Assembly (NCBI GenBank): GCA_913047775.1
Contig: CAJWUE010000003.1
Coordinates: 1 to 46,470 of the forward strand
DNA length: 46,470 bases
Reading direction: 5' to 3'
Source: an uncultured Rhodobiaceae bacterium
GTDB taxonomy: Bacteria > Pseudomonadota > Alphaproteobacteria > MED-G09
A model generated the notes under the pieces. That model searched no databases, was not told the DNA's origin, and was given only the letters and a program-made list of their open reading frames with translations. The position numbers were made by a program, and so were the translations under genes. Shown here piece after piece: positions 10,655-19,609 of the stretch; within the stretch, counting starts at the first letter, position 1, and every line of letters starts with the position of its first letter.

Positions 10655-11791
10655 ATGGAATTTGATCAATTTTTACAAAAGATAAGAACTCTAACGGAGG
10701 AAATCTTTATTCCGAACGAACATCTTTTAGAAGAAAATAAGAACGTTCCAGAAAGCATTATGGACGAAATTAAGAATTCGGGTCTTTTTGCCATTTCAAT
10801 TCCAGTCGAGTACGGAGGTCTTGATTATAATATGGAACAGCAGGTCCTCTTAACTTTTGAATTCACAAAAGCGTCTGCAGTTTATAGATCAAGATTCTCA
10901 ACAACAATAGGTTTGTGTTCACAAGCTTTACTTGACTTTGGAACTCACAAACAAAAAGAAATGTATCTTCCTGGAATGGCCGAAGGTAAAATTATAGGTT
11001 CTTTTGCATTAACAGAACCAGAAGCTGGAAGCGACGCTACATCTATAAAGACGATCGCAGTTAAAAAAAATGATTCTTACATATTAAATGGAACAAAAAA
11101 ATATATAACCAATGCACCGAATGCAGATCTTTTTTTAGTTATGGCAAGAACAGATCCTAAAGCAAAGGGAAGTAAAGGTATTTCTTCTTTTCTTGTCGAC
11201 GCAAAAAGTGAGGGAATTAAAGTTGGCAAGGTTCCAGAAATGTTAGGCCATAGAGGATCGGCTTCTCCAGAGGTCTATTTCAATAATTGTAAAGTTAACG
11301 CAGACAGTCTTCTAGGGGGTAAAGAAGGGGGCGGTCTAAAACCGGCCTTACGAGGAATTAATCACGCAAGGCTTCATGTTGCAGCTACTTGTGTTGGACA
11401 AGCAATAAGACTGATTGACGAATCTGTTAAATTTTCTAATTCACGAATTCAATTTGAAACACCAATTTCGGAAATGCCTGCAATTCAAAATATGATTGCC
11501 GATAGTTATTCAGAAATGTTAGCATCAAGAGCTATGACACTTGAAGCCGCGAGAAAATTTGATTCAGGCTCAATCCCAGAAACAGAAATTGCCGCAGCAA
11601 AATATTTTTCCTCTGAAATGGTCTCTCGTGTAGCTGATCGGTCCTTACAAATAATGGGGGGAGCAGGATATCTTGAAGGTAACCCTATTACTCGTCTTTT
11701 CCGCGATACAAGACTATTCAGACTTTATGAGGGAACTTCACAGATCCAACAAAGAAATATAGCTCGTAATATCATAAAAGAACTAAAGTAA
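10655..11791 (+). CDS. Acyl-CoA dehydrogenase
   Basis: FALTEPEAGSDA, LNGTKKYITNA, QIMGGAGY, RLYEGTSQIQ. Confidence 0.95.
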   Translation: MEFDQFLQKIRTLTEEIFIPNEHLLEENKNVPESIMDEIKNSGLFAISIPVEYGGLDYNMEQQVLLTFEFTKASAVYRSRFSTTIGLCSQALLDFGTHKQKEMYLPGMAEGKIIGSFALTEPEAGSDATSIKTIAVKKNDSYILNGTKKYITNAPNADLFLVMARTDPKAKGSKGISSFLVDAKSEGIKVGKVPEMLGHRGSASPEVYFNNCKVNADSLLGGKEGGGLKPALRGINHARLHVAATCVGQAIRLIDESVKFSNSRIQFETPISEMPAIQNMIADSYSEMLASRAMTLEAARKFDSGSIPETEIAAAKYFSSEMVSRVADRSLQIMGGAGYLEGNPITRLFRDTRLFRLYEGTSQIQQRNIARNIIKELK

Positions 11792-11800
11792 AGAAATCTT

Positions 11801-12808
11801 ATGAATGCTTTCAACAATATAATAGAAGCGATCGGTAATACTCCTTTGATAAAATTAATAGGACCTTCTCAAGAAACAGGTTGTGAAATTTATGGAAAAG
11901 CTGAATTTCTTAATCCTGGTCAATCCGTGAAAGATAGGGCGGCTCTTTACATAATTCGAGATGCAGAAAAAAAGGGATTACTAAAAAAAGGAGGGACTAT
12001 TGTAGAAGGAACAGCTGGTAACACGGGCATAGGTTTATCAATAATCGGTAATTCCTTGGGATACAAAACCGTTATCGTTATTCCTGAAACTCAAACCCAA
12101 GAGAAGAAAGATGCTATCAAGTTTACTGGGGCCGAACTTATTGAAGTGCCTGCAGTTCCTTATTCTGATGATAATAATTACATAAAATATTCGGGTCGCT
12201 TGGCCGAAGAATTGGATAAGAAACTTGAAAATGGCGCTTTTTGGGCTAATCAATTTGATAACACAGCCAACAAAAATGCTCATTTCGAATCTACAGGACC
12301 AGAAATTTGGGAACAAACCGATGGAAAGGTAGATGGCTTCATATGTGCTATAGGAACTGGAGGAACATTATCCGGCATTAGTACGTTTCTTAAATCAAAG
12401 AAAAAAAATATTCAGATTGGTTTAGCTGATCCATATGGGGCATCAATGTACAATTATTTCAAGAATGGAGAATTAAAAGCTGAAGGAGATTCAATTACTG
12501 AAGGAATTGGACAAGGCAGAATTACAAAAAATGTTGAGGGCTCAATAATAGACTATCCCTATTTAATAGAAGATGCTGCAGCCCTTAATATTTTATATGA
12601 TCTGATAGAAAAAGAAGGTTTATTCTTAGGCCTATCCTCAGGCATAAACATTTGTGGAGCTATGAGACTTGCAAAGGATATTGGTAAAGGAAAAATTATC
12701 ATAACAATTTTGTGTGATCTTGCAGACAGATATAAAGCTAAAATGTTTAATTACGATTTCCTCAAAACGAACAATCTTCCTATACCGAAGTGGTTAAAAA
12801 ATGTTTGA
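11801..12808 (+). CDS. cysK: Cysteine synthase (O-acetylserine sulfhydrylase)
   Basis: IGNTPLIKL, NPGQSVKDR (PLP Lys), TAGNTG, NQFDN, GTGGT, EGIG. Confidence 0.92.
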   Translation: MNAFNNIIEAIGNTPLIKLIGPSQETGCEIYGKAEFLNPGQSVKDRAALYIIRDAEKKGLLKKGGTIVEGTAGNTGIGLSIIGNSLGYKTVIVIPETQTQEKKDAIKFTGAELIEVPAVPYSDDNNYIKYSGRLAEELDKKLENGAFWANQFDNTANKNAHFESTGPEIWEQTDGKVDGFICAIGTGGTLSGISTFLKSKKKNIQIGLADPYGASMYNYFKNGELKAEGDSITEGIGQGRITKNVEGSIIDYPYLIEDAAALNILYDLIEKEGLFLGLSSGINICGAMRLAKDIGKGKIIITILCDLADRYKAKMFNYDFLKTNNLPIPKWLKNV

Positions 12809-12929
12809 AAAAATAAAAAATTTTTGTAAGCGCTATTTATGGCTTTGGATTTTTTATCAAGCTATTAAAGGGGCAATAACTACCTCACTGATATGGGTTC
12901 CTTTGATTTACTATTATTTCATTAAGTAG
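12801..12929 (+). CDS. Hypothetical 42-aa membrane microprotein (below the ORF-track cut-off)
   Basis: MFEKIKNFCKRYLWLWIFYQAIKGAITTSLIWVPLIYYYFIK*. Overlaps the cysK stop by 8 nt, ends 8 nt before the next ATG and fills the gap exactly. Confidence 0.75.
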   Translation: MFEKIKNFCKRYLWLWIFYQAIKGAITTSLIWVPLIYYYFIK

Positions 12930-12937
12930 GTGATAAA

Positions 12938-13741
12938 ATGTTACAACAAGCAATAGATTTTAAAGAAGAAAGCGATGCTCTTTTCAACCTCCTTAAGAAT
13001 CAAGAAGGGGAAATTTTTCAAAAAAAGACTCAATTTAAGGGTTGGACTATTGATAACGTGTTACATCATCTTCATGTTTGGAATGTTGCCGCTGATATGT
13101 CTTTAGTGAGTGACGAAAAAATCATGAAATTTTTAGAAGATTTTTTTAACGCAGTAAACAAAGGCTACAACCCCAGACAATACGAAAAAGAATTATCCAA
13201 CGATAAAACAGGTAAGGATTTATTGTGTCTTTGGAAAGAATCTTATGAAAAAATGACAGAAAATTTTAAAAATTCAGACCCAAAAAAAAGAGTGAAATGG
13301 GCTGGACCAGACATGAGTGTAATATCAAGTATTACAGCACGTTTGATGGAAACTTGGTCCCATGGACAAGAAGTTTATGACATGATTGGTGTTAAAAGAG
13401 TAGACACAGACAGAATAAAGAATGTTGTGATTATAGGAATAAATACCTTCGGTTGGACTTTTATTAACAGATCCCAAGATGTACCAGGGGAAGTTCCGAA
13501 TATAATCCTTAAATCCCCGTCGGGTGAAATATGGGAATGGAACCCAGAAAACAAAGAAAATAAAATTCTTGGAGATGCTACCGATTTTTGTCAGGTTGTT
13601 ACTCAGGTAAGGAATATTGATGATACAAATCTTTTAGTTGAAGGAGAAGTAGCACAACTTTGGATGTCTATAGCTCAATGTTTTGCAGGGCCGCCAGAGG
13701 ATCCTCCATTAAAAGGAACTAGATTTACTCATAATGGATAA
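12938..13741 (+). CDS. TIGR03084-like metal-binding protein (DinB/MDMPI superfamily)
   Basis: GWTIDNVLHHL, WAGPDMS, TARLMETWSHGQ, DFCQVVTQ.RN, W..IAQCFAGPP. Confidence 0.85.
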   Translation: MLQQAIDFKEESDALFNLLKNQEGEIFQKKTQFKGWTIDNVLHHLHVWNVAADMSLVSDEKIMKFLEDFFNAVNKGYNPRQYEKELSNDKTGKDLLCLWKESYEKMTENFKNSDPKKRVKWAGPDMSVISSITARLMETWSHGQEVYDMIGVKRVDTDRIKNVVIIGINTFGWTFINRSQDVPGEVPNIILKSPSGEIWEWNPENKENKILGDATDFCQVVTQVRNIDDTNLLVEGEVAQLWMSIAQCFAGPPEDPPLKGTRFTHNG

Positions 13742-14216
13742 ACTTAAAAATTTAGCTAAAAAAGCATCAGAAGTTCTAATAGAAAATAATCAAACAATTT
13801 CTGTTGCCGAATCTTCATCTGGTGGTTTAATATCCTCTGCTTTATTAGCTCAGCCAGGTGCCTCAAAATATTATTTAGGGGGTCAGGTTATTTATACTGC
13901 CGCATCAATCCGAGTATTATCCGGAATGAGAATTCGTGATCTTAAAGAAAAGAAAATTCGATCAAGTAGTGAGCCTTTTGCTCTTTTAATGGCAGAGAAA
14001 GTTTGTGAGATTTATGGGTCGGATTGGGGTATTGGTGAAACTGGTGCAGCTGGCCCTACAGGTAATGGTTATGGCGATCCACCCGGTTATTCTTGTTTAG
14101 CAGTTTATGGAGAAAGAGAAACATCTACTCACGTACTAACCAACTCAAATAACAGAAGAGAAAACATGGAGGCATTTGCCTTAGCTGCTTTGGATTTATT
14201 TATAAAAAATTTTTAA
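13734..14216 (+). CDS. CinA/PncC-family stand-alone domain protein
   Basis: ISVAESSSGGLIS, PGASKYY.GG, ETGAAGP. Confidence 0.88.
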   Translation: MDKLKNLAKKASEVLIENNQTISVAESSSGGLISSALLAQPGASKYYLGGQVIYTAASIRVLSGMRIRDLKEKKIRSSSEPFALLMAEKVCEIYGSDWGIGETGAAGPTGNGYGDPPGYSCLAVYGERETSTHVLTNSNNRRENMEAFALAALDLFIKNF

Positions 14217-14220
14217 ATTA

Positions 14221-14760
14221 TTATTTTGGAGCCCTTTTAGCTAGAATTCTTTGAAGAGTTCTTCTGTGCATTTTTAAACGACGAGCAGTTTCTGAAACAT
14301 TTTTGTTACATAATTCATATACCCTTAATATGTGTTCCCACCGAACTCTATTTGCGCTCATAGGCTCATCTGGGGGAGGTGTTTTCTTGTCTCCATAGGC
14401 AAACAAAGATGAGAAAATATCCTCAATTGTAGCAGGCTTTGAAAGATAATCTATTGCTCCAATTTTTATTGCAGAAACTGCATTAGCGATATTTCCAAAG
14501 CCTGTAAGTATAATAGATCTAGAATTTGGATTTACTTTTCGAAGCTCAAGGATAACTTCTAATCCATCGCCATCATCGAGACGAAGATCGATCACTCCAA
14601 AATCAAAACTCTCTCGTGAAAGAATATCAAAAGCTTCTGTGACCGATTTAGCTTCATGAACATCTAATCCTCGTCTAGACATTGCCCTGGAGAGTTGATT
14701 AAGCCATACGGTATCATCATCAACTATTAGTATTTTTTTATCCTTATATAATTTATTCAT
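14221..14760 (-). CDS. regA: Redox response regulator RegA/PrrA/ActR
   Basis: Receiver domain (VDDD, DLRL, LTGFGNIA.AV) and near-invariant PMSA.RVRWEHI.RVYELC..NVSETARRL.MHRRTLQRILAKR. Confidence 0.97.
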   Translation of the reverse strand: MNKLYKDKKILIVDDDTVWLNQLSRAMSRRGLDVHEAKSVTEAFDILSRESFDFGVIDLRLDDGDGLEVILELRKVNPNSRSIILTGFGNIANAVSAIKIGAIDYLSKPATIEDIFSSLFAYGDKKTPPPDEPMSANRVRWEHILRVYELCNKNVSETARRLKMHRRTLQRILAKRAPK

Positions 14761-14769
14761 TACTACTTC

Positions 14770-16083
14770 TCATGAAATATTTTTATGTTTTTCACTCCAC
14801 TCTTTTTTGGGAATTAACAAAGATACTACAGCTCCATTTTCCGGTTTTGCTTTATTATAAATCTCAACTCTTATACCCAATCTTTCAAAAAGGGTCTTGG
14901 AAATAAAAAAACCAAGACCTAAACCCTTTTCCTTTGAACTATCACTAGAGCGGGAGGAAATATAAGGATCTCCTAGCCTATTCATTATATCGTTGGGAAA
15001 ACCTTCGCCGTCATCTTCGATCTTTAAGTGAATCTGACCTTCTTTCTCATCAACGCTTAAAAGAACTAAATTTTTTGCAAATTCCGCTGCGTTTTCAATA
15101 ATATTAGAAAGACCGAGGAGCAACTCCGATCGTCTTTCCATTAGGTGAAAGCGTAAGTTGTCATTTTCACGGCTAAATACTATCTTCGGATTTATTCCCT
15201 TAACCTTGATTAACTCGCTTAACTCTTCTAATAGAGCGTGCAGTTCTATTTTGTTAACAATATCATCGTCTAAAGAAGATTTTTCTCCAAGAGAACTTAA
15301 AATATTTTTACATTTATTAATCTCTTGCAAAAGAACTTCCAAATCTTCTTTTCCTTCTTTACTAATCTTTTCGTTTTTCATCAATTCACTTGCAATTAAA
15401 TTAATGGTGCCTAAAGGGGTTCCTAACTGATGTGCCGCTGCAGCGGCTAATCCGTCTAAAGATGAAAGGTTTTGTTCATTTGAAAGAAGTTCTTCTGTAA
15501 CATTTAGGGCTCCAGCAACTTCACGTGATTCTCTTGTTAAACTGCCCATATATGCTGAAAGAAATAATATTGTTACCAGCAAAGAAATCCAAATTCCTAT
15601 GATCAATATTGGTGGATTCACTAGGTAAGTCATGTCTTCTTGTATAAGAGGATAATGAAAAAAACCCAATACAGATATTAACGCCAGAGTGAAAACTATT
15701 AAGATTGATGTAGATCTTAATGGAAGATTAGAAATAGAAATAGCTATAGGAACTATAAATAGCATAACGAAAGGATTTGATAGTCCGCCAGTAAAATAAA
15801 CGAGCAAAGCTAGCTGAAAAATATCAGCACATATAACAATCGTTGTTGCGGTCTCACTTAATCTATGGTGCCAGGGATACCTTGGATATAAAAGTATATT
15901 CGATGCTGCTAATGCAAAAATGGTTAAATAGACTTCAAACCACGGAAGGTTGAAATTTAGAATCCCACCTACCACTGAACAGGTTAAAATTTGTCCAAAA
16001 ACAGCTATCCATCGCAAGTAAACAATTGTCCGAACTCTAACTCCTAATTCTAAATTCGGAGAATATTTTCTTTCACTAGTCAT
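14770..16083 (-). CDS. regB: Redox sensor histidine kinase RegB/PrrB/ActS
   Basis: LRWIAVFGQ, GGLSNPF quinone motif, H-box AAAAAHQLGTPL, redox-box Cys, N/G1/G2 boxes. Confidence 0.95.
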   Translation of the reverse strand: MTSERKYSPNLELGVRVRTIVYLRWIAVFGQILTCSVVGGILNFNLPWFEVYLTIFALAASNILLYPRYPWHHRLSETATTIVICADIFQLALLVYFTGGLSNPFVMLFIVPIAISISNLPLRSTSILIVFTLALISVLGFFHYPLIQEDMTYLVNPPILIIGIWISLLVTILFLSAYMGSLTRESREVAGALNVTEELLSNEQNLSSLDGLAAAAAHQLGTPLGTINLIASELMKNEKISKEGKEDLEVLLQEINKCKNILSSLGEKSSLDDDIVNKIELHALLEELSELIKVKGINPKIVFSRENDNLRFHLMERRSELLLGLSNIIENAAEFAKNLVLLSVDEKEGQIHLKIEDDGEGFPNDIMNRLGDPYISSRSSDSSKEKGLGLGFFISKTLFERLGIRVEIYNKAKPENGAVVSLLIPKKEWSEKHKNIS

Positions 16084-16101
16084 TTCTCAATTAAAGAAAC
16101 A

Positions 16102-16743
16102 TTAATTAACATTATCTAATTCTAAAAGCTCCTTTACCGTCCTGATGGTTTCTTCGGGATCAATTACCTTAATAGTAGTCATTCCAAGTGATCTAGCAGG
16201 TTTTAAATTTATTCCTAGATCATCAAGATAAATACACTCCTCTGGATCAACTTTTAAAGCTCGATAAGATATTTTATAAATTTCAGGATTTGGTTTTCTT
16301 ATACCAACCTTCGAGGATTCAATTATATGATCAAACAAAAGCATAGCGTTCTTTGATTCATTGTTGTTTGAATTTTCTTCAAGATTTTTTTCTAAAGGTC
16401 TTATATTGTTGGTAATACATCCTAATTTATACCTTCCTTTTAACTCTTTTAGAAATTCAACCATATTTGGTCTTACAGATCCAGAAAGCAATTTTACCAC
16501 TTCTCTGCCTTTTACGTTGTATCCTTTTTTTTGTACCTCTTCTAAAAAGAGCTTATCAAACTCATCTAGACTTATTTGATTGCTTTCAAATTTTGCCCAG
16601 GCATTAGAATCGGAATTCTCGGAATTCACAGTTCTAATTAAATCCTTGGGCAAATTGTTTTGTTTTTCGAAAATATTAAATGATTCAAAAGGGCTAGAGG
16701 TAATCACGCCACCAAAATCCCAAATTATTGCTTTATATTTCAT
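16102..16743 (-). CDS. HAD-IA family hydrolase (ACAD10/epoxide hydrolase N-terminal-like)
   Basis: IIWDFGGVIT, CITNN, RKPNPEIY, YLDDLGINLKPA. Confidence 0.9.
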   Translation of the reverse strand: MKYKAIIWDFGGVITSSPFESFNIFEKQNNLPKDLIRTVNSENSDSNAWAKFESNQISLDEFDKLFLEEVQKKGYNVKGREVVKLLSGSVRPNMVEFLKELKGRYKLGCITNNIRPLEKNLEENSNNNESKNAMLLFDHIIESSKVGIRKPNPEIYKISYRALKVDPEECIYLDDLGINLKPARSLGMTTIKVIDPEETIRTVKELLELDNVN

Positions 16744-16821
16744 TATTATTTAATCCTTTGGAAACCATAGCTCTCATTGAAAAAACAAGCTAGAGTAGAA
16801 TATCAAAATATGGAGGAACAT

Positions 16822-17676
16822 ATGCAAGGGGAACCTATTACACCAGAAAATAATGAGATATTGTATATGGAGAAAGATAATATAGTAACTCTTACACTCA
16901 ACAGACCCGATAGACTTAACGCCTACACCGAAAGTATTTATATGGGTTTGCGGGAAGGCATAAATAGGGCCTCACAAAAACAAGACATAAACGCCATAGT
17001 TATAACAGGCGCAGGTAGAGGTTTTTGTGCTGGTGCGGATATGGATAACCTAAAAAAAACAAATTCTGGTAGCACTATAACCCCAAAAAGCAAGCAAGAA
17101 GATCAACTACCATCTGAAAATCTTGGCCCCTCTATTGCCGAACACTATAAAACCCGCTTTGGCTTTCTGGCTCTTTGTAGAAAACCAATAATAGCTGCAA
17201 TAAATGGTCCTTGCGCAGGAATAGGTCTTGTAATGACATTATTTTGTGATCTAAGATTTGCTGCAGCAGGTTCGAAGTTTACGACTGCTTTTGCTAAACG
17301 TGGCCTTGTAGCGGAACACGGAATAAGTTGGATATTACCGCGATTAGTTGGCCATGCTCATGCGATGGATATATTATTCACTGGCAGAGTCTTCCTTGCC
17401 GAGGAGGCTGAAAAAATAGGATTAATAAACAAGTGCTTCTCTGCAGAAAATTTTATTGAATCTACAATGGATTACGTAAAAATGCTTTCAGAAACTTCAT
17501 CACCTCGCTCCATATCAGTAATGAAGGCGCAAGTTTATAAAGCTTTCTTCCAGGATCTAAATAACGCTGCCAAAATTGGCGATGAAGAAATGCAAAAAAG
17601 TTTTAGTTCTGAAGATTTTAAAGAAGGAGTATCTCATTTTGTTGAAAAAAGAGCTCCTAAATTTTCTGGAAAATAA
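16822..17676 (+). CDS. Enoyl-CoA hydratase/isomerase (crotonase family)
   Basis: LNRPDRLNA, GRGFCAGAD, AAINGPCAG, DFKEGV.HF.EKR.P.F. Start placed at ATG 16822 because of SD GGAGG at 16812-16816. Confidence 0.92.
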   Translation: MQGEPITPENNEILYMEKDNIVTLTLNRPDRLNAYTESIYMGLREGINRASQKQDINAIVITGAGRGFCAGADMDNLKKTNSGSTITPKSKQEDQLPSENLGPSIAEHYKTRFGFLALCRKPIIAAINGPCAGIGLVMTLFCDLRFAAAGSKFTTAFAKRGLVAEHGISWILPRLVGHAHAMDILFTGRVFLAEEAEKIGLINKCFSAENFIESTMDYVKMLSETSSPRSISVMKAQVYKAFFQDLNNAAKIGDEEMQKSFSSEDFKEGVSHFVEKRAPKFSGK

Positions 17677-17700
17677 TTAAAGAATTTTATCAAATAAAAA

Positions 17701-18492
17701 ATGCTAAAATCTACTTTTAGACTCTTAATCCTCATATCTTTTTTAATCTCTGTACCGGCAGAGGCAGAGACGAAAGTATCGTATTATATAAATTTAGGGG
17801 GAATAAAAATATCTGATACAACTCTGTCAGTAAATTCTAATAATGAAGTTTGGAACATCAGATCCGAAATAAGTGCCGCAGGAATAGTTGATGTTATAAT
17901 TGAATTTAGAGCATTCTCGGAAAGCAGAGGATTCATCAAAGGAAATAAATTAATTCCTGAAACTTACAGTTTTTCTTACGAAACTGGAAAAGGTAGATCA
18001 CGAAAAGGAACTTTGAGCTATGACATGGGAATTCCATTTAAATTAATCACTCAACCCGAATATGATGTGGATGAAAAACCTGATTTTGATTTTCTCAAAG
18101 AATATGGCAAAGAAACTAATGATCCTTATAGTGCATTATTCGTTTCTGGAGAATTTGATGATCCCTGCACTTACACAGCACATGGTTTTGATGGAATTCG
18201 GGCGTTTAAAACAAAATTTATTCGTCCTGGAAAAAAAGAGGATATTGTTATAAATGATAAAAAATATGAGGTTTTAAAATGCATGGGTTATTTTGAACCA
18301 ATTATAGGCTATAAACCAAGCGAATTTCTAGATGAAACTTCCAAACCAGGATCTGTAAATTACTGGTATAATTATTCAAGTAGGGAAAATTTATGGATTC
18401 CTCTAAAGGTTATTATAGAAACTCCTTTAGGTGGTTTCGTTATGAAAGCTGTAGCAGTTGAAACAGAAAATTTAACAATAAATAAAAATTGA
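17701..18492 (+). CDS. Exported beta-rich protein, probably DUF3108 family
   Basis: Signal peptide ending AEA; Y...LGGI, DPYSAL, FDG.R and IP.K....T..G patterns. Confidence 0.6.
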   Translation: MLKSTFRLLILISFLISVPAEAETKVSYYINLGGIKISDTTLSVNSNNEVWNIRSEISAAGIVDVIIEFRAFSESRGFIKGNKLIPETYSFSYETGKGRSRKGTLSYDMGIPFKLITQPEYDVDEKPDFDFLKEYGKETNDPYSALFVSGEFDDPCTYTAHGFDGIRAFKTKFIRPGKKEDIVINDKKYEVLKCMGYFEPIIGYKPSEFLDETSKPGSVNYWYNYSSRENLWIPLKVIIETPLGGFVMKAVAVETENLTINKN

Positions 18493-19424
18493 TGAATATG
18501 ACAATACCAACAATATCACTAAAAAAGATTGATAATAAAAAAGAAAAATTAGCAATAGAAATCTTTGACGCGTGTATGAATGTAGGTTTTTTCTCCGTTA
18601 AGGATCATGAGGTAGATATTAGTCTAATTGAAAGTGTATTACATCTATCAAAGAATTTCTTCCAAAAACCTCTTCAGAAAAAAATGAATTACTACATCGA
18701 TGGTGGGGCCGGACAAAGAGGTTATACTCCTTTCGGAGTGGAAACTGCCAAGAACGCCCATCATCCCGATCAAAAAGAGTTTTGGCACCACGGTAGATCC
18801 AAATGGGACAAGGAATACGAAAATACAATGCCAGAGAATTTGGTTGTGCGTGAGTTAACGGGTTTTAATGAGTCTTTGAATGAATTGTATAATCAATTGG
18901 AAAAACTTGGTTACAAGATATTATCGCTGATTTCTTTGGGTCTGGAGCTTGAGGAAGATTGGTTTAAAGATAAAATTAATCAAGGGAACTCCATATTAAG
19001 GTTAATTCATTATCCTAAAATTGAAAAAAATAATATGGGTATAAGGGCCGAAGAACATGAAGACATTAATTTGGTAACTTTGCTGTTCGGAACGAAGCAA
19101 AAAGGTTTAGAAATCTTGAACAATGATGCAAAATGGATACCGCTCGCAGTCAGTCCTGAAACTATAGTTTGTAATGTTGGTGACATGTTAGAAAGATTGA
19201 CAAATGATAAATTAAAATCGACTACACATCGTGTAATTAACCCTAGGGGAGATGAGGCCCAACATTCGAGATACTCGATGCCTTTTTTTATTCATCTCAA
19301 TCCGGATCATATTATTTCAACTATCCCAAGTTGTATCAATAGGGAAAATAAAAATAAATACGAAGAGAGCATAACAGCAGATAATTTTCTTCATGAAAGA
19401 CTTAAGGAAATAAACTTAAAATAA
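18492..19424 (+). CDS. 2-oxoglutarate/Fe(II) dioxygenase (isopenicillin N synthase family)
   Basis: GFF.V.DH, GGAGQRGYTPFG.E, LRLIHYP, HED...H facial triad (EHEDIN, STTHRV), RYS. Confidence 0.92.
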   Translation: MNMTIPTISLKKIDNKKEKLAIEIFDACMNVGFFSVKDHEVDISLIESVLHLSKNFFQKPLQKKMNYYIDGGAGQRGYTPFGVETAKNAHHPDQKEFWHHGRSKWDKEYENTMPENLVVRELTGFNESLNELYNQLEKLGYKILSLISLGLELEEDWFKDKINQGNSILRLIHYPKIEKNNMGIRAEEHEDINLVTLLFGTKQKGLEILNNDAKWIPLAVSPETIVCNVGDMLERLTNDKLKSTTHRVINPRGDEAQHSRYSMPFFIHLNPDHIISTIPSCINRENKNKYEESITADNFLHERLKEINLK

Positions 19425-19516
19425 TCATATAACTTGCTAAAAACCCCTATAAATCTAATAAAAAATACTGGTGTAGTATTATTATCACATTCCTTTCTTG
19501 ATTTCGAAAAATTTTC

Positions 19517-19545
19517 TTGTCCTAACCCCCTCTAATATGTATTCT
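19517..19545 (+). promoter_or_regulatory. Putative sigma70 promoter of the TonB-dependent receptor
   Basis: TTGTCC-N17-TATTCT; SD GGAGG before ATG 19610. Confidence 0.55.
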
Positions 19546-19609
19546 AACTCTGCATAACTTTAGTTATTATGATTAACCAATCATAAAAATCACGTGGGAG
19601 GCAAACTAA

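Noticed and set aside
19425-19609. Cobalamin/TPP riboswitch or Fur box upstream of the TonB receptor
   Set aside because: The region is AT-rich and short after the predicted promoter; no B12 box, TPP core or convincing Fur consensus.
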